From: Candidatus Latescibacterota bacterium
GTDB lineage: Bacteria; Latescibacterota; UBA2968; UBA8231
Length of the DNA: 64,000 nucleotides
Assembly (NCBI GenBank): GCA_965248265.1
Contig: CBDFJF010000002.1
Coordinates: 1,024,001 to 1,088,000, forward strand
Direction of reading: 5' to 3'
The notes below the pieces were generated by a model. It worked only from the letters and a program-made list of their open reading frames with translations. It was not told the origin of the DNA and searched no databases. This document shows positions 1-9,687 of the stretch, piece by piece. Every line of letters begins with the position of its first letter. Position 1 is the first letter of the stretch. The position numbers and the translations under genes are program-made.

Positions 1-2432
1 ACAGCCGCGCGTTGCGTGCTCGCGACGGTGCGGTGTCCTTTGACTGGTTGAGCGCGACCGGTTTGACGAGTGATGAAGTGTCCAGCGCCAACTCCACAGC
101 CCAATTCCTGCTGTCCGGCTTCGAGGATGGCCGACCCAGGATCTTCGAGTTCAGGGCACTCCGTACCCTGAAAGAAATCGTCGATTTCGAATACGACGAC
201 GCGACCGGTTCTGCAACCTTTCAAGGTCTGTACACCGGTTCTGGCACACCACCCCAGTTCCTCGCGATGGGCGATGACGGCTGGAAACGCCCTGCAACGG
301 TCGAGGCGAAGAGTCATGCCCGGTTGAAGACGTCCGACAACGGAGCCGAGTACGTCATCATCACACACGAGGACTTCCGTGCGGCGGCCGACAGGTTGGC
401 AGCCTGGCGCGCTGTCGATGACCGCTTTGGACCGCCGCTGACGACGCACGTGGCTGACGTAGAGGATATCTACGACGAGTTTTCCGCCGGCCTGCTCGAC
501 CCCATGGCGATTCGCAGCTTTGTCAACTTCGCAGTCGACAACTGGGATCCCGCCCCCGTTTTCATCCTGCTGATGGGGGACGGCACCTACGATTACAAGA
601 ATAACTTCGGGAACAGCCACACCAACTGGATACCCCCTTATCAGGATGGCGCTAGCATGTACGACGAGTGGTACGTCCGTATCGAGGGGGACGATGATCT
701 GCCCGATCTCGCCATCGGTAGGCTGCCGGTCGGCTCGACGAGCGAAGCGGATGCAGTCGTCGACAAACTCATCTCATACGATCGAGATCCCGAAATCGGA
801 CCGTGGCAAGCGCGGGTGCTGCTGGTGTCCGACGACCGGGTGAATCCGACCTCCAAAAAGGACGAGCCTTTCTTCGTCCGTGACGCAGAGAGGTTGGCAG
901 CATTCTCTGTGCCGCTGGATATGGATATCTCGAAGCTCTACTTCGGTGAATTCCACCTCGAGGGACGGACAAAGCCCGCAGCACGCGAAGCCTTTGTCAA
1001 GCGGTTCAACGAGGGGGCTCTAATCCTGACCTACGTGGGCCACGGCAATCCTGAGACGATCGCACACGAGCAGGTGTTCGTACTGTCCCGCGACATCGAG
1101 AGCATCGACAACGGCCGTCGACTCCCGCTGGTGTACACCGCAGCCAGTCAGGTCGGGGTGTTCGACGAACCATCGCGGCGGTCGATGCCCGAAGTCTTCA
1201 TCAACGATCCGGATGGAGGTGTCATCGGTTTCATTTCCGCCACTCGAGTGGGCATCCACATCAGCAACATGAACCTGGCCAGGGAGTTTCACAAGATCAT
1301 GTACAGGAGTGGGGATGACCGGGTCCCGGTGGGATTGGCGTTGACCATTGCCAAGCAACGCGCCCCGGCTTCGATAAAAGATCGCATCAACATTCAACGT
1401 TATTCGTTGCTCGGCGATCCGGCGCAGATCCTCAACCGACCCTTCCTCAAGGTGCAGATCGAGGCGCCCGACTCGCTCAACGCGTTTCAGGAAGTCCATG
1501 TTCAAGGGCAGGTGCAGGACGCATCTGGGAGAGCGCTTACAGACTACGAGGGCGAAGCGCTGGTTCAGGTATTCGACTCCGCTGCGTTGAGCCTGACCGA
1601 AGGGAGACGATGGGAAAAGCCGGGGGCACCGATCTTCCGCTCACTGACTCCTGTCAGAGACGGCGTGTTCGAGGCCGTGTTCCGGGTGCCAAGGGATATC
1701 AGCTACCGGGAATCCAAGGGTCGTATCAGTGCGTACGTCTGGGGTGAGGGAATGCCGACCGCCTTCGGATCGGCGAGCGGTATCGCCGTAGGCGGTGCCT
1801 TGCCGGGCATCACCCCCGACGGCGACGGTCCGGCAGTGACGCTGGCCTTCAATGGGGTAGAGTTTCGGGAAGGGGGCGTTGTTCCCAACCGGGCGGTCCT
1901 CACAGCGTCGATCGAAGACGAGAGCGGCATCAATATCACGGGAGACGTCGGACACGAGATCGAGCTTGAGATCGACGACGACCTGTTTACGGTGACCGAT
2001 TCATACAACAGCCAACATGGCAACTACCAGACTGGCATGCTCAAGTTCGAGTTGCCGGAACTGGAGCCGGGAAGTCACGATCTCAGCCTGAGGATCTGGG
2101 ACAACTCCAACAATTCTTCGCGGGTAGAGGCGGTCTTTGTGGTTGCCGAGCAGGCTCTTTCGTCAGTGGTTTTCCATCCCAACCCCATGCAGACTCAGGG
2201 GCACTTCACCTACGTGCTGAAGTCGGACGTGCACGCCGTCAGCATAAAGGTCTTCACCTTGTCGGGCAGGCTTATAGGCGAGATTGGCGGCAGCGGGAAG
2301 GGCGGCTACAACCAGGTTTCCTGGGAGCTGCCGGCGGGGCTGGCAAATGGCGTCTACCTGTATCGAATCCAGGTTACTAGTGAAGATGGGTTCGAGTTCG
2401 AGGCGACCTCCGCAATGCAGGTTCTGCGTTGA
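1..2432 (+). CDS. porU: PorU-like type IX secretion sortase / C25 (gingipain-family) protein with C-terminal FlgD-Ig-like domain; 5' partial
   Basis: C25 motifs YVIITH, LMGDGTYD, IGRLP, YVGHG, SATR, YSLLGDP; C-terminal PNP...LANGVYLYRI domain. The frame is open to the window edge. The catalytic Cys position reads Ser (see findings). Confidence 0.85.
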   Translation, partial: SRALRARDGAVSFDWLSATGLTSDEVSSANSTAQFLLSGFEDGRPRIFEFRALRTLKEIVDFEYDDATGSATFQGLYTGSGTPPQFLAMGDDGWKRPATVEAKSHARLKTSDNGAEYVIITHEDFRAAADRLAAWRAVDDRFGPPLTTHVADVEDIYDEFSAGLLDPMAIRSFVNFAVDNWDPAPVFILLMGDGTYDYKNNFGNSHTNWIPPYQDGASMYDEWYVRIEGDDDLPDLAIGRLPVGSTSEADAVVDKLISYDRDPEIGPWQARVLLVSDDRVNPTSKKDEPFFVRDAERLAAFSVPLDMDISKLYFGEFHLEGRTKPAAREAFVKRFNEGALILTYVGHGNPETIAHEQVFVLSRDIESIDNGRRLPLVYTAASQVGVFDEPSRRSMPEVFINDPDGGVIGFISATRVGIHISNMNLAREFHKIMYRSGDDRVPVGLALTIAKQRAPASIKDRINIQRYSLLGDPAQILNRPFLKVQIEAPDSLNAFQEVHVQGQVQDASGRALTDYEGEALVQVFDSAALSLTEGRRWEKPGAPIFRSLTPVRDGVFEAVFRVPRDISYRESKGRISAYVWGEGMPTAFGSASGIAVGGALPGITPDGDGPAVTLAFNGVEFREGGVVPNRAVLTASIEDESGINITGDVGHEIELEIDDDLFTVTDSYNSQHGNYQTGMLKFELPELEPGSHDLSLRIWDNSNNSSRVEAVFVVAEQALSSVVFHPNPMQTQGHFTYVLKSDVHAVSIKVFTLSGRLIGEIGGSGKGGYNQVSWELPAGLANGVYLYRIQVTSEDGFEFEATSAMQVLR

Positions 2433-2472
2433 TTTGAGGAGCAGCGTCCCGACGGTCAGGCACGGATTTTCA

Positions 2473-3939
2473 TCAGGGGAGGGTGAACTGGTTCATGTCG
2501 TTGGTACCCTGCCAGTAGTCCGGGTGATGCGGGCCATTGGTTTCACCCCATTGATGTAGCAACGGAGTGTATTGCTTACGCTTCCTGGTCACTTCCTGCT
2601 GAATCCAACCCCCATCCCATCCGCGCCGGACTTTTTCGAGCAACCGTTCACGTACCTGCGCGTGCGCGGGGTCACTGGCCAGATCGTTGAATTCCTCCGG
2701 ATCTTCAGCCACGTTGAACAGCATCGGGGTATCGTTGCCGTGATAATGAACCAGCTTCCACTGGTCCTCGCGAATCATGCGCCCCGGGGGAACGTTCAGT
2801 GTGTTGTAGTGTTCGGAATAGGTTTCATTCTCCCAATCGTCGCAGGCACCGTTGGCGAGAAAGCCGTGCAGGCTGCGGCCGCGAATGTGGTGGGGGAAGT
2901 GCTCGATGCCAGCCAAATCCAGCAAGGTCGGGGCGATGTCGACGAGATTCACGATGCGGTCTATGGTGAGGCCTTCAGAGAACTGGCCGGGCCAAGAGGC
3001 CATCAACGGCACTCTCACTGAGCCTTCGAAGAAGTTGCTCTTCCAGAACATGCCATGCTCACCCGCCATTTCGCCGTGATCGGAGCAGTAGATGACGATG
3101 GTGTTGTCGGCGATGGCTGATCGCTGCAGCGACTCGAGCATGCGCCCCACCAGGTTGTCCAAGTAGGTGACCATACCGTAGTAGGCTTCGCGCACCCGCT
3201 TGGTGATCACCGGGTCGATACAGGTGATGCCGCGATCGGCTATCCATTGATTGATCAGCGGGTGGAGCTGTTCGAAATAGTCCTCTGGGAGACGCGGCGG
3301 GGAAGGTACCTTGTCGTGGTAGGAGTCGAATAGGTCTTCGTCGATGACGAACGGACAGTGGGGTAGAAAGGTCCCGACGACCATGCACAACGGCCGTTCG
3401 TCCTGGCGCGTGTCGAGGAAATCGACACAGGCATCCGTCACCTGGTCGTCGTAGTCGAGAGCGTAGGAACGTCCCGGGCCCGAGAAACTGGCGGCATGCA
3501 ATGACTGCCCCATGGCCTCCCACATGTCTTTCATCAGCTGGTCGGCATCCGGACGCAGCTGGCGATGGTGGACACCAGTGATATCACCGACGAGTCGCTT
3601 TTCGAAGCCGTGGCGCTGGTCGGGGCCGCAAAAGTGCATGCGACCGCACAGCACGGTCTCATAGCCACCAATCCCGAGTGCATGAGCGAAGGTCGGGATG
3701 TCTGAACCCAGGATATCCTCGTTGCACCAGGCTCGAGTGTCGGACGGGTACTGCCCGGTCATGAAGGCCATACGCGCCGGAACGCACAGCGGCGAGGCGG
3801 TGTAGCATTGATCGAAGCGCACACCCCCCGTGGCGAGCCGGTCCAGGTTTGGGGTACGGATGACGTCATCGCCAGCGCATCCGATGGTGCCGGCGTGGTG
3901 TTGGTCAGACATGATGATGAGGAAATTCGGTCGCTCCAT
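2473..3939 (-). CDS. Choline-sulfatase-like sulfatase
   Basis: IMSDQH, CVPAR (CxPxR), GRMH and SDHGEM motifs. Start moved to the ATG at 3939 (MERPNF), which has GGAG upstream. Confidence 0.92.
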   Translation of the reverse strand: MERPNFLIIMSDQHHAGTIGCAGDDVIRTPNLDRLATGGVRFDQCYTASPLCVPARMAFMTGQYPSDTRAWCNEDILGSDIPTFAHALGIGGYETVLCGRMHFCGPDQRHGFEKRLVGDITGVHHRQLRPDADQLMKDMWEAMGQSLHAASFSGPGRSYALDYDDQVTDACVDFLDTRQDERPLCMVVGTFLPHCPFVIDEDLFDSYHDKVPSPPRLPEDYFEQLHPLINQWIADRGITCIDPVITKRVREAYYGMVTYLDNLVGRMLESLQRSAIADNTIVIYCSDHGEMAGEHGMFWKSNFFEGSVRVPLMASWPGQFSEGLTIDRIVNLVDIAPTLLDLAGIEHFPHHIRGRSLHGFLANGACDDWENETYSEHYNTLNVPPGRMIREDQWKLVHYHGNDTPMLFNVAEDPEEFNDLASDPAHAQVRERLLEKVRRGWDGGWIQQEVTRKRKQYTPLLHQWGETNGPHHPDYWQGTNDMNQFTLP

Positions 3940-4033
3940 GTATGCTCTTTCTCCGTTTGCTGTGATTATAGGACAGCCCCACGCCCCGAAACAGTTTGAC
4001 TTTTTATCGCTCAGCCTATTGCGCCACAAGCGA

Positions 4034-4053
4034 AAGTAAGTTATCGTTTACTT
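4034..4053. promoter_or_regulatory. Inverted repeat, probable TetR operator
   Basis: AAGTAA-N8-TTACTT immediately before the TetR start codon; a TTGACT -35-like hexamer lies at 3996-4001. Confidence 0.55.
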
Positions 4054-4056
4054 ACC

Positions 4057-4647
4057 ATGAGGCCGAGCCGAAAAAAAGAGATAATCGCCGCCGCCATTCA
4101 GGAGCTTGCCAGGCACGGGGTCAACGGATCAACCGTGCGTCGCATCGCCGCTTCTGCAGGTGTCACAGAGGGGGCCATTTACCGGCATTTTGCCAGCAAG
4201 GAAGAGCTGTGCGATGAGGCCTACAGCCAGATCGTTGCCGAAATGGCCGAACAGAAGAAGGAGATCCTGGAGAGCGGCGATCCAGTCGAAGAAAAGTTGC
4301 GAAATTGGGTCCGGGTTACTTACGAGTATTTCGATCTATATCCAGAGGCCTTCAGCTATGTCTTGCTCGCAACCCACGACTTCTCGCCAACTCTTCAGGA
4401 GATCGCCACCAGGCAAGGGCACCTGATGATGCAGTTGATGGAGAAAGTGGTCGCCGCAGGCGACAAGCCGGCCAGGTCTGCCTCGATTGCCTGGAGCCAC
4501 TTCATCGGAATCATGCTCAACATACCGCGGTCGATAAACGAATCGATTCTGCAGGGTCCTGCTGTACATTACGTCGATGACGTGATGCTGGCTGTCGGCA
4601 GCATTTTCGGTCTGCCGCAGTCAACGGAGGTCGAGGAGGGGGTCTGA
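4057..4647 (+). CDS. TetR/AcrR family transcriptional regulator
   Basis: N-terminal HTH TVRRIAASAGVTEGAIYRHFASKEEL. Confidence 0.95.
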   Translation: MRPSRKKEIIAAAIQELARHGVNGSTVRRIAASAGVTEGAIYRHFASKEELCDEAYSQIVAEMAEQKKEILESGDPVEEKLRNWVRVTYEYFDLYPEAFSYVLLATHDFSPTLQEIATRQGHLMMQLMEKVVAAGDKPARSASIAWSHFIGIMLNIPRSINESILQGPAVHYVDDVMLAVGSIFGLPQSTEVEEGV

Positions 4648-4648
4648 T

Positions 4649-5479
4649 TTGATAAAACCAATTCTGCTCAGTGCCGTCGTATTTGCGACGATGCTGGCGC
4701 TGCCACAGCAGGCGGCGGCAGGGGCGTGGACGCAGAGCGAGCGCGGCTACTACCTCAAGCTTGCCGGCCTGTCCTTTACGACAACGGAGGAGCTGGATGC
4801 GGATGGCGAAAGTCTGCCGCGGCCCGGTGATGACGAGTTGACCGATGTCGGCCTTAGCGCCTATCTCGAGTACGGACTCACCGACAGACTGACACTCGTC
4901 GCCAGCCTACCCTACAAACAGGTCGAGGAGACTCGTGTCATCGGCGGCCGTCCATTTGGGGCGAGCTCCAGCGGATTCGGGGATCTCGAAACCCGTCTGC
5001 GTTGGCTGCTGAGGACTGATCCAGTGGTGCTGTCCGTCGCTCTCGGCGGCAAGCTACCCACTGGGTACGAGGTTTCTGACCGTGTACCTCTGGGCACCGG
5101 CGAGGCCGACGCTGATGTGCGTCTGCTGGCGGGACGCTCATTCTACCCGTTGCCATTGTACACGACTGGTGAACTCGGGTATCGGAAGCGAGGAGGACGC
5201 TTCAGCGACGAGGTCCTGTTTGCGGCTGAGGCCGGGTACACCATCGATAAACTGATGCTGAAGGCCAACCTGTCCGGTGTGCGCACGCTGGGAGACTGCG
5301 GCGACGCCAGTCAGGGCGGTGGGCTGATCGGCGATCAGAATACCTTCAAGTTGTCCCCGGGGCTCATTTACAGCGTGCGCCCTCAATGGCAGTTGAGTCT
5401 CGATACGATCAGCGTTGCACACGGATGCAACACCGCGACCGGAACGACTTTCATCGTCGGCGCGGCCTACAAACGATAA
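4649..5479 (+). CDS. Exported putative outer-membrane beta-barrel protein
   Basis: Signal peptide ending AAAG, alternating amphipathic strands (YLEYGLTDRLT, GFGD, KLPTG), aromatic residue near the C-terminus. Confidence 0.6.
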   Translation: MIKPILLSAVVFATMLALPQQAAAGAWTQSERGYYLKLAGLSFTTTEELDADGESLPRPGDDELTDVGLSAYLEYGLTDRLTLVASLPYKQVEETRVIGGRPFGASSSGFGDLETRLRWLLRTDPVVLSVALGGKLPTGYEVSDRVPLGTGEADADVRLLAGRSFYPLPLYTTGELGYRKRGGRFSDEVLFAAEAGYTIDKLMLKANLSGVRTLGDCGDASQGGGLIGDQNTFKLSPGLIYSVRPQWQLSLDTISVAHGCNTATGTTFIVGAAYKR

Positions 5480-5505
5480 GGATCGCTGGATAAACGAGTG
5501 GAGGA

Positions 5506-6516
5506 ATGATCATGCCCAAGAGAGGTTGGGAAATCCCGGAGCGAGAGGCGACACCAGAGGAAGTGTTTCTCAATCGCCGCAAGTTCATACGGTCGGTGGG
5601 ACTGGCCAGTATCGGCGCTGTCGCAGGCTGCAGTAGCGGCAATAACGGCACCGGCCCGGTCGACGACACTGGAGATCCTGTTGTGATCGATGAGGGCCCC
5701 GGTGACATCACCACGCAGCTGTACCCGGCGGCGACCAACTCTGCTTTCGAGACGCTGGACCGTCCCCTCACGGACGAGACTATTGCGGGCCAATACAACA
5801 ATTTCTGGGAATTCACCATCAACAAGGACGTCCACCGGCACATCGATGACTTCGAATCTCGCCCCTGGACGATGGAGGTTAGGGGGTTGGTCCAGAATCC
5901 CCAGACCTACGATATCGATGCCTTGACAAGGGCGATGCCCCTCGAGGAACGTCTGTACCGGCATCGGTGCGTCGAGGCCTGGTCCATGGCCTTTCCGTGG
6001 ACGGGCTTTCCGATGAAGGCATTGATGGACGTGGTGCAACCGCTGTCGGCCGCTCGCTACGTCAAGATGACCTCGTTCTTGAGGCCCGAGCAGGCAAAGG
6101 GTCAGTGGGACCGGCCGCAATATCCCTGGGCCTACACCGAAGCACTCACCATCGACGAGGCGGCCAACGAACTGACCCTGCTGGCCACCGGTATTTACGG
6201 TCACGAGCTGCCCGACGTGCACGGCGCTCCCATCCGTCTGGTGGTTCCGTGGAAATACGGATTCAAAGGGGTCAAGTCGATCGTGCGGATGGAGTTCACG
6301 AGAATAAAGCCCGCCACGTTCTGGAACGAGCTGCAGCCGAACGAGTACGGCTTCTTCTCCAACGTCAATCCCGACTCACCCCACCGGCGCTGGCCACAGG
6401 ACGAAGAGCGCTTCTACGAAAAAACATGGACCCACAGGCCGACGCTGTTGTTCAACGGCTACGCCGACTACGTGGGCCACCTGTACAACGACGACCAGCT
6501 GGACGCCCTGGCGTAA
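5506..6516 (+). CDS. msrP: Protein-methionine-sulfoxide reductase catalytic subunit (molybdoenzyme)
   Basis: TPE...NRRKFI Tat motif, YNNFWEF, RHRCVEAWSM, GAPIRLVVPWKYGFK, FNGY. Confidence 0.93.
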   Translation: MIMPKRGWEIPEREATPEEVFLNRRKFIRSVGLASIGAVAGCSSGNNGTGPVDDTGDPVVIDEGPGDITTQLYPAATNSAFETLDRPLTDETIAGQYNNFWEFTINKDVHRHIDDFESRPWTMEVRGLVQNPQTYDIDALTRAMPLEERLYRHRCVEAWSMAFPWTGFPMKALMDVVQPLSAARYVKMTSFLRPEQAKGQWDRPQYPWAYTEALTIDEAANELTLLATGIYGHELPDVHGAPIRLVVPWKYGFKGVKSIVRMEFTRIKPATFWNELQPNEYGFFSNVNPDSPHRRWPQDEERFYEKTWTHRPTLLFNGYADYVGHLYNDDQLDALA

Positions 6517-6539
6517 CGAGGCAGTGTGAAAGCAAGCCG

Positions 6540-8249
6540 CTAAGAAAACGCTTGTTTCTTGGAAGCCAGAAATGGTCCGAGGATGAGGTGATTCAGGCCC
6601 GAATTCACGAGCACGTGCACGGCCTCGGCAGGTGAACCGACGATCGGAGAGCCGTGCAGGTTGAAGGAGGTATTGAGCAGCACACTGCGGCCGGTAAGTT
6701 CCCGAAAACGGACCAGGATATCCTCGTACTCCTGATTCTGTCCCGGTTCGAGCAACTGCGGCCTGGCTGTCAGATCCGCATTGTGGACGGCCGCCATCAG
6801 TTCGTCGCGTTTGTCGGTGGAGTCGAAGGTGTTCATCATGTAGGGCGAAGGCAGGTCCTTCGCATTGACGAAATAGCGCTCGCCCTCCGAGCGCAGGACG
6901 ACCGGCGCGAACGGCATCCAGAAATCCCGTTTCTTGATCATCTGATTGATGACGCGGACGACATCCTGGTTGATGGGATCGGCGAGGATGGAACGGTTGC
7001 CCAGCGCTCGCGCACCGAATTCCATCCCTCCCGTGGCGCGTGCGATCACCTCGCCCGAAGCCAGCAACTGCGCCGCTCGCTGCGCCATATCAGCAGGCTC
7101 TTCAACCGCGATGTCCTCTGTCTCCCGCAGCGCCGCCTGGCAGTCGTTCCGCAGGAAGTCCGGCCCCAAGTAGAAATGCTTCAGCGGCTGGATCTGCTCA
7201 CCCTTTTCCGCTGCGGCCAGGTAACAGGCACCCAACGACAGGGTCTCGTCCGAACATGAGGGAAACGCCTGGAAATAGTCGACCTGATCCAACTCCGAGA
7301 GCACCTTGTTGGCCTTGACGTTCATGAAGACACCGCCGGCCGCCAGAATTCTGCCGATCTTGAGCTTCTCTACGCATGCGGTTGCCCAGGCGGCCATTGC
7401 TCTCTCGGTGAACGACTGCAACCCGGCGCAGATGTTGTCGAAGCGCTGTCGCACCAGGGCTTTTTCCAGGCGGGGTCCCAGCTGAGCCAGGGGCTCGGGC
7501 ACCCTGCGTTTGAAGCGCAACGGATTACCGGGGTCCAGGCCGAGGTAGGATTCCAACAGCCGGGCCACTTCCTCGCCGTACCCGGATGCCGCGTAGGGGG
7601 CCATACCCATAAGCTTGTACTCATGCTCCAGCGGCATGAAGCCGAGCAGATGGGTGGTGACGGCATAGATTTCACCGAGGCTGTCCGCCTGGGGAATCGT
7701 CTCAACCAGTTCAAGCTCTCCCGCTCGTCCTATCCAGACCGATCCAGAGAGCCCGTCGCCGCCGCCGTCCAGGGTGAGGACTAGGTAGGGATCATCATCC
7801 TGGCGCAAGCCGTAATAGGCGGTGGCCGCATGGGTTCGGTGGTGGTCGTAGAACACGATCCTGTCGTCGGGAAATCCCCACGAGGCGACCGCCTCCCGTC
7901 GCTGCTCCATGCGCTGATTCGTCCGCAGCTTGCGGTAAGAGCTGCTGCCGGCCATGGATCGAGCCAGGCGTTGCGTGAGGGGTGGATGGTAGCGCTGCTC
8001 GAAGGCCTTTTTCATGTAGCCGGGCGGTTGCGGAGTTTGGAGGTATTTCGAGGCGATGCAGACGGCGTCGAAGTCACCGGGTTGGGCGCCCGCGGCGGCC
8101 ATGCTGGCCAGGACCGCCCTTTCAGGAAGACCGAAGTAGTTCTTGACTCCCGTCAGGCGTTCCTCCTGAATGGCGGTATGAATGCGTCCGTCGCGGAAAA
8201 CGGCCGCAGAGGCGTTGTGACCGTCGTAGATGCCCAGGTACGACATCAA
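6540..8249 (-). CDS. Carbamoyltransferase (NodU/CmcH/TobZ family)
   Basis: GHNASA, EERL, HHRTHA, DGGGD, EYKLMG, EFGARALGNRS, PFAP, LNTSFN. Confidence 0.93.
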   Translation of the reverse strand: MMSYLGIYDGHNASAAVFRDGRIHTAIQEERLTGVKNYFGLPERAVLASMAAAGAQPGDFDAVCIASKYLQTPQPPGYMKKAFEQRYHPPLTQRLARSMAGSSSYRKLRTNQRMEQRREAVASWGFPDDRIVFYDHHRTHAATAYYGLRQDDDPYLVLTLDGGGDGLSGSVWIGRAGELELVETIPQADSLGEIYAVTTHLLGFMPLEHEYKLMGMAPYAASGYGEEVARLLESYLGLDPGNPLRFKRRVPEPLAQLGPRLEKALVRQRFDNICAGLQSFTERAMAAWATACVEKLKIGRILAAGGVFMNVKANKVLSELDQVDYFQAFPSCSDETLSLGACYLAAAEKGEQIQPLKHFYLGPDFLRNDCQAALRETEDIAVEEPADMAQRAAQLLASGEVIARATGGMEFGARALGNRSILADPINQDVVRVINQMIKKRDFWMPFAPVVLRSEGERYFVNAKDLPSPYMMNTFDSTDKRDELMAAVHNADLTARPQLLEPGQNQEYEDILVRFRELTGRSVLLNTSFNLHGSPIVGSPAEAVHVLVNSGLNHLILGPFLASKKQAFS

Positions 8250-8671
8250 TCCGTGCTGGGGACCATATGCGCGGCAAAGGTCTGGGCAACAATCCGGCCA
8301 TCACGAATGATGAAGGTGTCTGTGCCGAGGGGAAACGCAGGTTCGGAGGACCACACTATGTAGGCGATCTCGCCTTCGGTATCCTGGCGAACCATCTTGA
8401 AGTTTTCCCAGAAGCCGGGCGGCAGAATGTCCGGCAAGATAGTGAAGAAATCCCGAATTTCGGCGGTCCCGCGCATCGGACCATCCGGGGTGTAGAGGAC
8501 CGCGTCTGCCGTATAGTCGGCCATGATCTCGTCCAGATTGCCTTCGCCGACGGATTGCAGATGGTGTTCCAGGACGGCGCTGGCGCTTGCCGAGCTTCCC
8601 GGTTGACCGCAAGTCAACAACAGAATTGCTGGCAGGATGGCGACTAGGGTGAGAATTCGTCTGCGTCTCAT
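8246..8671 (-). CDS. SnoaL-like / NTF2-fold putative lipoprotein
   Basis: Start at ATG 8671 with AGAGGA RBS; lipobox-like LLLTC; LDEIMADYTADA...GTDTFIIRDGRI. Confidence 0.75.
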   Translation of the reverse strand: MRRRRILTLVAILPAILLLTCGQPGSSASASAVLEHHLQSVGEGNLDEIMADYTADAVLYTPDGPMRGTAEIRDFFTILPDILPPGFWENFKMVRQDTEGEIAYIVWSSEPAFPLGTDTFIIRDGRIVAQTFAAHMVPSTD

Positions 8672-8705
8672 GGATCCTCTCTTGTTGTGAATGTCCATTG
8701 CGTGA

Positions 8706-9473
8706 TCACGCGCTGACCGTGGCCAGTGTTTCAGCGTACAGCTGCGCGTGGGTGTTGTAGTAGGCCTCATCAATCGTCGAAACGGAGCTGACCACGTCCG
8801 AGCTTGCCCAGTGGGTGGCAAAGCCGCGACGCCAACGATCGGAGTCATTGCGATGCGACGTGTGCAGGGTATGGCTGTGGTGGAGGACGACGGCACCCTT
8901 GCCGGCACAGGCCGGTGCTTCTGATTTCAGGTCGATCAGTTCAGGCGGCGGAATCTTGTTGTGGGGCTCGTCGGGAATCGGTATGTGTTCGAGCACGGGG
9001 CCGCGGTGGGAGCCGTCTATGTAGCGCAGGCAGCCGTTGGTTTCATTCACGTCGTCGAGGGCGATCCAGGCGGTGATGGTCTCGTCACCCGGGTCGCACA
9101 TGAAATAGGCATTGTCCTGATGATAGGGTTTGGCCGAACCGAATCTCGGTGGTTTCATCAGGATCTGGTCGGTTACGAGTCTCGCCGGCTTGCCGATGAC
9201 TCCGTTAACGAGGAAATTCAATCGGGGGTCCAGCTCGAAGCGGCGCAGATCCTCATGCGCGAGAAAAGGGGCGTTCAGCTTTCGCGGTGCAATTTCTCCC
9301 GTTTCCGAACGGTCGGTGACGACGAAGCTGGCCTTTTCCGGCGTGAGTCGCTCCATGCAGATCGTCGTCGCCAATTCAGCGATGGCCTCAGCTTCATCCT
9401 CGGTAAACACGCCTTCGACGACGGTCCAACCACGGCGCCAGAATTCCTCGTACCGTGCGGGATCGAGATCCAT
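8706..9473 (-). CDS. Phytanoyl-CoA dioxygenase (PhyH) family Fe(II)/2OG oxygenase
   Basis: YHQD, NGCLRYIDGSH, distal LHTS..N.S...RR. Confidence 0.92.
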   Translation of the reverse strand: MDLDPARYEEFWRRGWTVVEGVFTEDEAEAIAELATTICMERLTPEKASFVVTDRSETGEIAPRKLNAPFLAHEDLRRFELDPRLNFLVNGVIGKPARLVTDQILMKPPRFGSAKPYHQDNAYFMCDPGDETITAWIALDDVNETNGCLRYIDGSHRGPVLEHIPIPDEPHNKIPPPELIDLKSEAPACAGKGAVVLHHSHTLHTSHRNDSDRWRRGFATHWASSDVVSSVSTIDEAYYNTHAQLYAETLATVSA

Positions 9474-9687
9474 CGATTCGCTCTCTCAGTTCAAGGTCGT
9501 GGGTCGGTGACTCCAGGAGGCAAATTACCGCAGGCACAAACCTCAATGCAACCTTCTCCGGTCATACCCCCTCGATGATTTGACCCCAGGCACGCAAAAG
9601 GCGTCGTTGATCTTCCACACTCTAACACTGTTTTACTACAATTCAATCGAGCTGCGACGCCCGGTGATGTAGTCCACGACGGAGGAA

